From Thermoanaerobaculia bacterium (lineage in GTDB: Bacteria > Acidobacteriota > Thermoanaerobaculia > Multivoradales > Multivoraceae): DNA of 64,000 nt. Positions 18,015 to 26,588 of this stretch are shown here, piece after piece. Location: contig OY762911.1 in assembly GCA_963666565.1 (NCBI GenBank), positions 2,816,001 to 2,880,000 of the forward strand, in the 5' to 3' direction. The number at the start of each line of letters is the position of its first letter. The stretch's first letter is position 1. Below the pieces are notes generated by a model. It was not told the DNA's origin. It saw only the letters and a list, made by a program, of their open reading frames with translations, and made no database searches. The position numbers and the translations under genes are program-made.

Positions 18015-19942
18015 GCCGCCTGCCCCCCTTCGAGCCGGTCGCGGCCGTCAGCGACCGGCTTCGGTTCCCAGTCCTTCTTCCCGCCCAGACTGCTGAGCCA
18101 GAAGACGACGCCGAGCAGGCCGAAGAAGATGAGGACAGTGACGGACACGACTTGCGTCGCGAAGCCGAGGGTCGGCGTGTAGGCGTCCGGGGACGTGTCG
18201 AGGATCACGCCATAGACGTGCCACTCCTGGCGCAGCCCGGAGCGGACGTATCCCATCAATCCCATCAGCCAGGTGAAGCTGAGCGCGATGAAGATGAGAG
18301 CGTACTGGGAGACCGCCGGCATCCTGCCCCATTTGGTCTCACCCGACTGCGCGGCGTTGCGGTACAGGGGCAGGTCGATCACCGTGATCACGACCAGGGC
18401 CGCGAGCACCGAGTAGACCTGCGGGATCGCGAAGCGTATGCGTACATCCGCGTCCACGTAGTAGCCGTAGACGCCGTAGAAGATGACCAGGGCCGCCGCC
18501 GAGGAAAACACGATCGCCTGGGCGCGGGCGAGGAGCTGCCTGTGCGGGTGGACGGATTGCCTGCCGGTCCGCCGGTAGAGCAGGAAGCTCATGTAGGTCG
18601 AGAGGATCAGGATGTTGACCGCCGTGTTCTTGGCCGACATCTGGCCCAGGTAGGAGAGCTGCGGGTGGCTGCTGCCTCCCATCGCGGCGATCTCGGATAC
18701 CGACGAGATGGCGTAGCGCGGCGTCGCCCAGACGGCGAAGCAGAGGGCGATCGCGATCAGCAGCCACTTGATGAACTTCTGGAAGTGGACGCCGCCCTCC
18801 ATGCGGCCCATCCCCAGCCAGAGGTAGTAGTTCGCCCCCAGGAACAGGTTGCCGATGAGGGCCGCCTGGATGACGAACAGCCAGGAGAAGGTGCCGCCCA
18901 TCATCTGGATGCCCAGGGTCTGGCTGAACGCGTAGATTTCGGCGGCGAGGTAGTAGCCCGCGAACGGCAGCGGGAGGAAGGCGATGATGGCGACGAAGTT
19001 GCCGACGTAACCCATCCAGTCGAAGTGGGCCTTCTCCTCGTCCGTCTTCGCCTGCAGGTAGCGGAAGGCGGCGTAGGCGGCGGCGATCGAGCCGCCGAAC
19101 GCGACGTTGGCGATGATCCGGTGGATGTTGATCGGCATCCAGGTGAAGTTGAAGAAGGCGTCTCGCAGGCTCAGCAGGGCGCCGCTCTCCGAGACGGCGG
19201 AGACGAAGTCCGGGACGCCGTCGCCGTCCACGTCGTCGCGCTTGCCCGGCGACATCATGAAGGTGAGCCAGGCGTTCGCGATGAACATGATCGCCGTGCC
19301 CACGATGTTCAGCATGAAGCCCAGGAAGAGGTGCATCTTCGGTCCGAACTTGCCCCAGCCGTAGTAGTAGCTGTAGAGGAACAGCGCCTCCAGGAAGAAC
19401 AGCAGGACGTAGGGCAGGAACGTCGGCGAGAAGATGTGCATCAGGTAGTTCGTGAACTTCGGGTAGAGGATGATCAGCCCGAAGGTCAGGAACGCCCCGA
19501 AGGTGGCGGTCATCGAGAACGAGACGGAGAGCAGCTTGGTGAACTCGTACGCCAGCTTGTTGTACCGCTCTTCCTTCTTCACGTAGCCGACGAACTCGAT
19601 GATGAAGGCGAACAGCGGCACCGCGAGGACGAACGCCGCGAAGAGCAGATGGAGCTGCGCCAGCACCCAGACGGTGACCCGGCTGCCGACGAACGGGACC
19701 GTGCGGTACTCGGCCTCCTCGTAGGGCCTGGCCCTCGCCTCGGCCTCGTCCGCGGCCTGCTCGTCGGCGATGCCCTGCTGCCGCGGCGTGAGTTCGGCCT
19801 CGCCTCGCTCTTCCAGGGCCACGGCCTGCCGGTCCGGCTGGCGGTACTCGTTGTCGACGAGGAAGCCGCCGAGCCGCACCGTGGCGATCACGGACACGAA
19901 CGCGAGAACGCCGATGCCGAAGATGATCCTGTTTCTGTTCAT
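18011..19942 (-). CDS. Divergent cytochrome bd ubiquinol oxidase subunit I-like (CydA-like, OR-N-type) membrane protein
   Basis: QLHLLFAAFVLAVP (H19-equivalent), FFLEA, ANAW..FMMSP, NIHRIIAN, MGYVRSGLRQEWHV (GRQPW-like); many TM helices. Confidence 0.82.
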   Translation of the reverse strand: MNRNRIIFGIGVLAFVSVIATVRLGGFLVDNEYRQPDRQAVALEERGEAELTPRQQGIADEQAADEAEARARPYEEAEYRTVPFVGSRVTVWVLAQLHLLFAAFVLAVPLFAFIIEFVGYVKKEERYNKLAYEFTKLLSVSFSMTATFGAFLTFGLIILYPKFTNYLMHIFSPTFLPYVLLFFLEALFLYSYYYGWGKFGPKMHLFLGFMLNIVGTAIMFIANAWLTFMMSPGKRDDVDGDGVPDFVSAVSESGALLSLRDAFFNFTWMPINIHRIIANVAFGGSIAAAYAAFRYLQAKTDEEKAHFDWMGYVGNFVAIIAFLPLPFAGYYLAAEIYAFSQTLGIQMMGGTFSWLFVIQAALIGNLFLGANYYLWLGMGRMEGGVHFQKFIKWLLIAIALCFAVWATPRYAISSVSEIAAMGGSSHPQLSYLGQMSAKNTAVNILILSTYMSFLLYRRTGRQSVHPHRQLLARAQAIVFSSAAALVIFYGVYGYYVDADVRIRFAIPQVYSVLAALVVITVIDLPLYRNAAQSGETKWGRMPAVSQYALIFIALSFTWLMGLMGYVRSGLRQEWHVYGVILDTSPDAYTPTLGFATQVVSVTVLIFFGLLGVVFWLSSLGGKKDWEPKPVADGRDRLEGGQAA

Positions 19943-19955
19943 CTGTTTCCCGGCG

Positions 19956-20630
19956 CTACTGGCGCGCCGCCCGCTCCGCCTGCATCGTTCTGCGTTCCTG
20001 CTGCAGCTCGCGGACGTAGGCGACGACCGCCCAGCGATCCTCGACGGTGAGCGGATAGCGGTAGCCCGCCATCAGGCCGACGCCGTTCGTGATGACGTCG
20101 TACATCCGGCCGTCGTTGTAGGTGGCGATCCGCTCGTCGTGGAGCGAGGCCGTGGGCGTGCTCGCCCGCTCGAACAGGATGCCCTGGCCCGTGCCGCGCT
20201 CGTCGTGGCAGGGCTGGCAGTAGATCTCGTAGCGGCTCGCGCCCCGGGCCAGCAACGCGTCGGTGACAGGGATGGGCGACGTCTCCAGGAAGTAGCCCTC
20301 GTCGTCGCGGCCGTGCAGGCGGCCGTGATCGACGTCGAGCTGCCCGCGCGCCACGGTGCCCGCCACCGGCTGGCGCATCGCCATCCCGTCGTAGAAGAAG
20401 GCGCTCGCCTCCTGCGGGTCGTAGCGCTCCTGGTAGTCCATGTTCGGGTTCGGGTGGATGGGCGGGAACGGGGAGGGCATGCCGCGGCAGCCGAGGAGGA
20501 GCAGGACGGCGGCCAGAGCGGCGCCGGCGTGGCGGCCGGCGGGCTCTTTCGAGCGGGTCGGAGGACCCGCGCACCCAGTGTGGAGCGGGTTCCAGGCGAG
20601 CCGGAGCCGCCGGTGGATCGCCAGGCGCAT
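19956..20630 (-). CDS. actE: Alternative Complex III monoheme lipoprotein ActE
   Basis: Lipobox LLGC, NMDYQ, FFYDGMAMRQPVAGTVARG, CQPCH, DRWAVVAYVRELQ; ATG overlaps the actB stop. Confidence 0.85.
   Translation of the reverse strand: MRLAIHRRLRLAWNPLHTGCAGPPTRSKEPAGRHAGAALAAVLLLLGCRGMPSPFPPIHPNPNMDYQERYDPQEASAFFYDGMAMRQPVAGTVARGQLDVDHGRLHGRDDEGYFLETSPIPVTDALLARGASRYEIYCQPCHDERGTGQGILFERASTPTASLHDERIATYNDGRMYDVITNGVGLMAGYRYPLTVEDRWAVVAYVRELQQERRTMQAERAARQ
20523..20578 (-). repeat. REP-like element copy inside the actE signal-peptide region
   Basis: Reverse complement CTGGGTGCGCGGGTCCTCCGACCCGCT matches the repeat family. Confidence 0.75.
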
Positions 20631-23600
20631 CAGTGCGCGTCCTCGCCGCCGTGGTCCTCGGCGGGCGGCGGCGCCGGCGTGATCTCGCGGTTCGGATGGC
20701 GGAGCTTCGCGAGATAGGTCGTCCGCGGCTTCGTGTGCAGGTCGTCGAGCAGGTTGTAGTTGCGGGGGCTCGCCTTCGCCTGGGAAACGCCGCTCTCGGC
20801 GTCCGTGACGTCGCCGAAGCGGATCGCCTCGGCCGGGCAGGCCTGCTGGCACGCGGTGACGACGTCGCCGTCGGCCAGGGCCCGCCCGTCCTGCTTGGCG
20901 TCTACCTTGGCGCGGCTGATCCGCTGCACGCAGTACGTGCACTTCTCCATGACGCCGCGGGAACGGATCGTCACGTCCGGGTTCTTGCCCAGCTTCATCA
21001 CCTCGGGCGTGTCCTTGGTGAAGTTGAAGTAGTTGAAGCGCCGCACCTTGTAGGGGCAGTTGTTCGAGCAGTAGCGGGTGCCGATGCAACGGTTGTAGAC
21101 CATCGCGTTCAGCCCTTCGCTGTCGTGTACGGTGGCCGCGACCGGGCAGACCTGTTCGCAGGGCGCGTTCTCGCACTGCATGCAGGGCACCGGCTGGAAG
21201 CTCGTCTGCGGCTCGGACGGGAGGTCGTGGACGAGGTCCTGGAGCATGCCGCCGAACTCGCCCTCGTCGGAGAAGTAGCGGTCGATGCGGAGCCAGTGCA
21301 TCTCCCGGCCCTCCATCACCTGCTCCTTGCCGACGATCGGCACGTTGTTCTCGCTCTGGCAGGCGATCATGCAGGCGTTGCAGCCGACGCAGGCGTTCAG
21401 GTCGATCGTCATGCCCCACTGCGGCGAATCCCGGTAGGTCCACTCGTTCCACATCGAGTTCTCGTGGGGCTTCTCGCTGTGGGCGGTCGCGAAGTCGGGA
21501 TGCTCCTCGAAGTAGTCGAGATCGGCCTCGCGGACGATCGGGCGTCCCTCCATCGAGTGGTGGTCCTGGGTCTGCGCCAGCGGATACGTGCCGCCGGTCG
21601 GACTGAGCGTTCCGCGGGCGAGATCGGGCGCCTCCGAGGTGCGCAGGAGATAGGCGTTCCGCCCGGGTGCGCGGCCCTCGGCGTTGGCGGCGCTCGCGAT
21701 CCGGCCCGCGAAGTCGCGGCCGTAGCCGAGGTCGAGCGTCACCGAGTTGTCGGCCTGTCCCGGCACTTGCCAGACGGGCAGTTCCAGTTCGCGCTCGCCG
21801 GAGGTCACCGTGACGAGGTCTTCGTTCTCCAGGCCCAGCGCGCCGGCGGTGGCCGGGCTGATCAGGGCGGCGTTGTCCCAGGTCAGCTTGGTCATCGCGT
21901 CCGGCAGCTCCTGGAGCCAGCCGTTGTTGGCGAAACGGCCGTCGTGGACCGCCGGGGAGCATCGGAAGACGATCTCCAGCTCGTCGCCGGAGGCGATCGG
22001 CGGGGCGGCGTCGCCGGCGGCACGCACCGCGGCCGCGGCGTCCTCGGCGGTCACGGCGGAAAGATCGGCTGTCGGCGCCGCGCTGCCGTCGAGCAGGCCG
22101 TCGTGGAGCACCTTGCGCCAGGCGATCTCGAACTCCGAGAGGGCAACGGGGAACGGCAGGGACATCGGGTCGACCGGCACGGACTCCTCGTCCGGCGCGG
22201 CGCCTTCGCCTTCGCCGTCCGCGGCCGCTTCGGCGTCCGCTCCGGCTTCCGGCGCGGCCGCGGAGGCAGCGTCTTCCCCGCCGCCCTCGTCGAGCGGCAG
22301 GCCGAGGATCTCCGACCAGGTTTCGCGCACCAGATCGCGGCCGTCCAGGTCCTCGCCCAGCGCCGCCAGCGCCAGCACCTCGACGAGGCTCTTGGCGCCG
22401 TACAGCGGCTCGATCAGGGGCTGGACGACGCTGGCCGTGCCATCGGTGGCGCGGGCGTCGCCCCAGCTCTCCAGGAAGTGGGCGAGGGGCACGTGCCAGC
22501 GCGCGTGACGGCTCGTCTCGTCCCGGTAGGCGCCGACGTGGACGACGGCGCCCGCTTCGCCCAGGTTCTCCAGGGCGGCGGCGAAGTCGAGATCGGCGGG
22601 GGCGCTGTAGGCGGGGTTCGCGCCCAGGATCAGCAGGCGGTCCACCGAGCCCCGGTCGATGGCCGCCGCCAGGTCGGCGAGGTCCGCGTCGCTGGAGCTG
22701 CCGAGGTCGGGCGTCCGGTGGTACGTCACCGTGGCGCCGGCGTTGCCGAGCGCCGAGTTCAGCGCGTAGACGGCGGCGTGGACGGCCGCCGGCTGCCGGT
22801 CGCCGGCGACAATCAGGCCGGCGCCGCGGTGGGCGAGGAGATCCTGGGCCACCGCTTCGACCCACGCGTCGTCGATGTCTTCGGCTGGCGCGCCGGCGTC
22901 GAGGGGCAGGTCCAGGCCGCCGGCCGCGAGGGCACCGCCGAGCCGGGCCACGAAGGCCGCGACCCGGCCGCTCTGCACCCGCAGGCGATGGTCGGCGTTG
23001 GCCGCGGTGGTCGAGTGGACGCCGTCGACCGCGTAGTGCCGTAGCGGGCTGCCGCCGCCTTCCTCGTTCACGCGCCGGGCCCGGGCGTAACCGCGCAGGT
23101 TGCGGACGCCGTCGCCCTCGGTGGCGAGGAAGTCGGAATCCAGGGTCAGCAGGACCTTCGCCCGGTCCACGTGGCGGAGCGCGTGGACCCGCTCGCCGGC
23201 GGCGAGCGCCGTGCCCCGGTCGGCGTTCTCCTCGCTGACCGGCGCCCAGGTCACCCAGCGCGCCTGCGGATAGCGGTCGAGCAGCGCTTCCTTGAGCCGG
23301 ACCAGGGTCGGCGAGGAGGACGGCTCGGCGAGGATGGCGAAGCCCGTGCCGTCGGCGGCGGGGCCGAGGTCGCCCTCGGTCCAGGCGGCCGCGAAGTCGT
23401 CCCAGGTGGACGCCTCGTCGCCGAAGCGTACGGACTTCGACCGGTCCGGGTCGTACAGGTCGAGAATGGAGGACTGAGCCCACGTACTCGACGCGCCCTC
23501 CGAGAAGGGGTGGGACTCGTTGCCCTCGACCTTCGTCGGCCGCCCTTCGTGGCTCTCCACGACCAGGCCGAGCGCCCGGCCGCCGAGCGGCATCGTCGTC

Positions 23601-23899
23601 GCGTACAGCAGCGGAACGCCCGGGACCATGCCCTCCGGAGCGTCGACGTAGGGGACGATGTGCTCGACCGGGCGGCGGACGATGTCGCAGCCGGTCAGGC
23701 CGGCGAGCGACGCCGCCCCGCCCAGCATGGCCAGCGCGCTCCGCCGGCTGACGCCGTCCCGCAGCAACTCCGGCGGCGCCTCGGACGCGCCCTCCGGGAA
23801 CTCCCGGTGGAGGAGATCGACGGTTCGGGAGTCGCCCCGGATCTGCTCCAGGCTGCGCCAGTAGGTTCTCTCCGGCCGCTTGCCGTTGCCCGCGCTCAT
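20630..23899 (-). CDS. actB: Alternative Complex III subunit ActB (molybdopterin-oxidoreductase-like domain fused to Fe-S domain)
   Basis: YWRSL, Tat-like SRRSAL followed by LTGC, GRPTKVEGN, LYDPDRS, NNGWLQELP, CVGCNACMIAC, CMQCENAPCEQVCP, CIGTRYCSNNCPY, EKCTYC. Confidence 0.93.
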   Translation of the reverse strand: MSAGNGKRPERTYWRSLEQIRGDSRTVDLLHREFPEGASEAPPELLRDGVSRRSALAMLGGAASLAGLTGCDIVRRPVEHIVPYVDAPEGMVPGVPLLYATTMPLGGRALGLVVESHEGRPTKVEGNESHPFSEGASSTWAQSSILDLYDPDRSKSVRFGDEASTWDDFAAAWTEGDLGPAADGTGFAILAEPSSSPTLVRLKEALLDRYPQARWVTWAPVSEENADRGTALAAGERVHALRHVDRAKVLLTLDSDFLATEGDGVRNLRGYARARRVNEEGGGSPLRHYAVDGVHSTTAANADHRLRVQSGRVAAFVARLGGALAAGGLDLPLDAGAPAEDIDDAWVEAVAQDLLAHRGAGLIVAGDRQPAAVHAAVYALNSALGNAGATVTYHRTPDLGSSSDADLADLAAAIDRGSVDRLLILGANPAYSAPADLDFAAALENLGEAGAVVHVGAYRDETSRHARWHVPLAHFLESWGDARATDGTASVVQPLIEPLYGAKSLVEVLALAALGEDLDGRDLVRETWSEILGLPLDEGGGEDAASAAAPEAGADAEAAADGEGEGAAPDEESVPVDPMSLPFPVALSEFEIAWRKVLHDGLLDGSAAPTADLSAVTAEDAAAAVRAAGDAAPPIASGDELEIVFRCSPAVHDGRFANNGWLQELPDAMTKLTWDNAALISPATAGALGLENEDLVTVTSGERELELPVWQVPGQADNSVTLDLGYGRDFAGRIASAANAEGRAPGRNAYLLRTSEAPDLARGTLSPTGGTYPLAQTQDHHSMEGRPIVREADLDYFEEHPDFATAHSEKPHENSMWNEWTYRDSPQWGMTIDLNACVGCNACMIACQSENNVPIVGKEQVMEGREMHWLRIDRYFSDEGEFGGMLQDLVHDLPSEPQTSFQPVPCMQCENAPCEQVCPVAATVHDSEGLNAMVYNRCIGTRYCSNNCPYKVRRFNYFNFTKDTPEVMKLGKNPDVTIRSRGVMEKCTYCVQRISRAKVDAKQDGRALADGDVVTACQQACPAEAIRFGDVTDAESGVSQAKASPRNYNLLDDLHTKPRTTYLAKLRHPNREITPAPPPAEDHGGEDAH

Positions 23900-24543
23900 C
23901 GGTGGCACCCCGTGCAGTCCTCGGGCGGCGCCAGCGCCCGTTCCGCGATCGCCAGTTCGGCGAAGGCCTCGTGGTCCCCGGTCGGGATCCACTCCATGTC
24001 GGTCACCGCGTCCAGCGGCCGCAGGTGGGGACCCGGGTCGCGGTGGCAGTCGAGGCACCAGCTCATGCTCAGAGGCTCCGCCTGGTACACGACCTCCATC
24101 TCGTGGACCGGACCGTGGCAGGTCCGGCAGCCGACGCCGGCCGCGACGTGGACGCTGTGATCGAAGAAGGCGTAGTCGGGCAGGTTGTGGATGCGCACCC
24201 AGCGCATCGGACGGTCCTGTTCGACGCTCTTGCGGATCGGTTCGAGGAGTTCGCTCTCGCGCGCGGCGACGTGGTGGCAGTTCATGCATACCTGGGTCGG
24301 CGGGACGTTCGAGACCGCCGACTCCTCGACGGAGGCGTGGCAGTAGCGGCAGTCGAGGCCGAGCTCGCCGACGTGAAGTTCGTGGCTGTAGGGCACGGGC
24401 TGCGCCGGCCGGTAACCGACGTCGGTGTACTCCGGGGAGAAGAAGTACCAGACGCCGCCCACCGCGACGGCGCCGGCGACGGGCAACGCGACCGCCGCGT
24501 ACAGCGGTAGCCGGAGGGTCCACTTGGGGAAGATCTGAGCCAA
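23896..24543 (-). CDS. actA: Alternative Complex III pentaheme cytochrome ActA
   Basis: TTG start giving (M)AQIFPKW, TM anchor, QPVPYSH, five CxxCH motifs (CRYCH, CMNCH, CRTCH, CLDCH, CTGCH). Confidence 0.92.
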   Translation of the reverse strand: MAQIFPKWTLRLPLYAAVALPVAGAVAVGGVWYFFSPEYTDVGYRPAQPVPYSHELHVGELGLDCRYCHASVEESAVSNVPPTQVCMNCHHVAARESELLEPIRKSVEQDRPMRWVRIHNLPDYAFFDHSVHVAAGVGCRTCHGPVHEMEVVYQAEPLSMSWCLDCHRDPGPHLRPLDAVTDMEWIPTGDHEAFAELAIAERALAPPEDCTGCHR

Positions 24544-24597
24544 GTATCCGTACCTTGAAGCAGGGTACGAAGCCCTGCCCGATCCGAAGTCGCGCGG

Positions 24598-24626
24598 AGT
24601 GTACAGCGTGCCAACGGGGCGGTCAA
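24598..24626 (-). promoter_or_regulatory. Putative sigma70 promoter of the act/bd-like operon
   Basis: Minus strand TTGACC-N17-TACACT, about 55 nt upstream of the actA TTG. Confidence 0.65.
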
Positions 24627-24664
24627 AGGACGATCCCAGGATCGCGCCGGGATAGGGTCGCGCC

Positions 24665-25321
24665 ATGTCCGAAGGAGGCCCTTCCGGCGCGGATGGAGAG
24701 CCGGGAGAACCCCGCCGGCGCTTCCTGAATCCCTGGTTTCTCGCGGCCCTGGCCGGTCTCGTCCTGATTCCGGCGATCAGGCCGCTGCTCCGGTTCGAGC
24801 CGGATCCGCCGCCGGTGCTGCGGCAGTTGCCGGAGTGGCGGCTGGTGGACCAGAACGGAGAGTCGTTCGGCAGCGGCGACCTGGCGGGCGAGGTCTGGGT
24901 CGCCTCCTTCCTGTTCACGCGCTGCGCCACGGTCTGTCCCCGGCTCACCGCCTCCGTGCGGCAGTTGCAGCGCCGCTACCGGGAAGAGGGCGTCGAGGGC
25001 GTGCGGCTGGTCAGCTTCTCCGTCGACCCGGAGCACGACACGCCGGAAAGGCTGCGCGACCATGCGCGCAGCCGGCGGCTCGACCTGGAGCGCTGGAGTC
25101 TCGTCACCGGCGCCGAGCGGGACGTGCGCTCGGTGGTCGTCGAGGGCTTCGCCCTGCCGATGGGGGAGCGGCTGGACCTCGCCGGCGGTCTGGTCGACGT
25201 GGCGCACGCGGCGCGACTGGCTCTCGTCGACCGCGACGGCGGCGTCCGCGGCTACTACGCCTCGGACGAGGTGGGCCTGGACGAAGTCTTCCACCGGACC
25301 CGGCAGATTCTCGCGGAGTAG
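24665..25321 (+). CDS. SCO1/SenC copper chaperone
   Basis: N-terminal TM, FTRCATVCP (CxxxC), SVDPEHDTP, conserved His in HAARLALVD. Confidence 0.92.
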   Translation: MSEGGPSGADGEPGEPRRRFLNPWFLAALAGLVLIPAIRPLLRFEPDPPPVLRQLPEWRLVDQNGESFGSGDLAGEVWVASFLFTRCATVCPRLTASVRQLQRRYREEGVEGVRLVSFSVDPEHDTPERLRDHARSRRLDLERWSLVTGAERDVRSVVVEGFALPMGERLDLAGGLVDVAHAARLALVDRDGGVRGYYASDEVGLDEVFHRTRQILAE

Positions 25322-25329
25322 CGCCGGCC

Positions 25330-25465
25330 GGGTGCGCGGGTCTTCCGACCCGCTCCGGGCGGCGTCGCGGAGCGGCGCAGCCCGGACAGTGGGGCCGCCG
25401 GCCAAAGGCCGGCGACGTCTATCCGGCCGCCTGCGGCGGCAGCGGGTCGGAAGACCCGCGCACCC
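25330..25465. repeat. Inverted pair of REP-like elements (BIME-like) between convergent genes
   Basis: gggtgcgcgggtcttccgacccgct at 25330-25354 and its perfect reverse complement at 25441-25465. Confidence 0.85.
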
Positions 25466-26588
25466 GGTCGGTTCGTTCCCGCGGTCCCGGGGGTTCCATC
25501 TCCAGGATCCACTGGCGGATGAGGGCCACGGCTTCGACGTCGACCAGGCCGCGTCCGATCTCGGGCATCGCGATGCCGGGGTGGGTCGACTCGAGCCGGT
25601 AGAGGAGGATGGACTCGTCCGGCTTGCCGGGGACCACGGCATAGATGCGGTCCCCGGTGCCGAGGCCGGCGGCTACGGGGTGCTTGTATAGGCCCAGCCG
25701 GGTCCGGTCCTCGTGGTCCTTGCGGAGATCGAGCCCCGAGGTGCGGCCGCTGCCCGTCAGGTTGTGGCAGTGGGCGCAGTTGATGTCGAGCCAGGTTCGG
25801 GCCCGCTCGTCGACGCTGCCGGAAGACGCCGCGTTCCAGACCGGCGCGCGCGGAGCTTCGGCGGCCGGCGGCGCCCCTTCCAGAAAGCCGATGCGCCGCC
25901 ACCGCTCGAGCTGGTTGTCCCGAACGGTCGGTCCGTCGGGGGCGGAGTAGTCGAAGTGCCGGTTCAACTGCGCCGCCTGGGGACCGATCGGCAGCACGCG
26001 CTCGCCGTCCGTCCGGTGGCAGGTCTTGCACTGGTTCGCGTTCGGCACTCGGTAGGTGTGGTCGATCCTCGCGCCCTCGGCGTCGATCCACGACACCTCG
26101 AGCGGCCCGCCGACGATCTGGAGTTCGGCGTCCGTCAGCCCGGCGTTCCAGATGTACGGCAGCCCGATCCAGCCGTCCTCCTCGTGGACGAGCAGCCTGG
26201 TTTCCAGGGGCCGCAGGCCTTCTTCGGGGACCCGGAAGTCGGCGGGGTAGGCGAACGTCTTCGCGATCACCGTGCCCACCGGGAACTCGAACGGGCCGGT
26301 TTCCCGGTAGTGCGCCGGGACGACGGCGCCTCCGGGGCCATCCGGCAGGCGCATGAAGCGGAACTTCAGCGCGTAGTCCGAGAACAAAGCCGTGTTCAGG
26401 TCGTACGGCTCGACACCGGCGGCCGGGATGTGGTCTGCCTGCTCGCCAACGAACAGGCCCCAGGCCGAGAGTCTCTCCGGGTAGCGGCTGAACGGCCCCT
26501 GGTCGGAACCGGCCTCCCCGCCCGCGCAGCCCGCCAGCACGAATGCGGCAAACGTCAGTGCCGCGTGTTGTGCGCTAGGGAGCGCCAC
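25419..26588 (-). CDS. SO2930-family diheme cytochrome c lipoprotein
   Basis: Lipobox LAGC, PYDLNTALFSDYALKFR, FPVGTVIAKTF, ETRLL, CKTCH and CAHCH. Confidence 0.88.
   Translation of the reverse strand: MALPSAQHAALTFAAFVLAGCAGGEAGSDQGPFSRYPERLSAWGLFVGEQADHIPAAGVEPYDLNTALFSDYALKFRFMRLPDGPGGAVVPAHYRETGPFEFPVGTVIAKTFAYPADFRVPEEGLRPLETRLLVHEEDGWIGLPYIWNAGLTDAELQIVGGPLEVSWIDAEGARIDHTYRVPNANQCKTCHRTDGERVLPIGPQAAQLNRHFDYSAPDGPTVRDNQLERWRRIGFLEGAPPAAEAPRAPVWNAASSGSVDERARTWLDINCAHCHNLTGSGRTSGLDLRKDHEDRTRLGLYKHPVAAGLGTGDRIYAVVPGKPDESILLYRLESTHPGIAMPEIGRGLVDVEAVALIRQWILEMEPPGPRERTDRVRGSSDPLPPQAAG

Noticed and set aside
20630-23899. ActB as a catalytic nitrite oxidoreductase or other Mo enzyme
   Set aside because: Its motifs and position between ActA and ActE match ACIII ActB, which is not known to bind Mo-bisPGD; no NxrA/NarG signature, so nitrite oxidation is not claimed
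12459-24160. Long plus-strand ORFs (e.g. 12459-15107, 18152-20050, 20633-23044) opposite the respiratory genes
   Set aside because: Antisense shadows caused by high GC3; no motifs, while the minus-strand frames carry clear family signatures
12696-24948. Very long ORF-track entries (1286, 1175 and 1297 aa) suggesting giant fusions
   Set aside because: Their N-terminal parts are Arg/Pro-rich off-frame read-through of upstream genes; real starts are at 14858, 20630 and 23899
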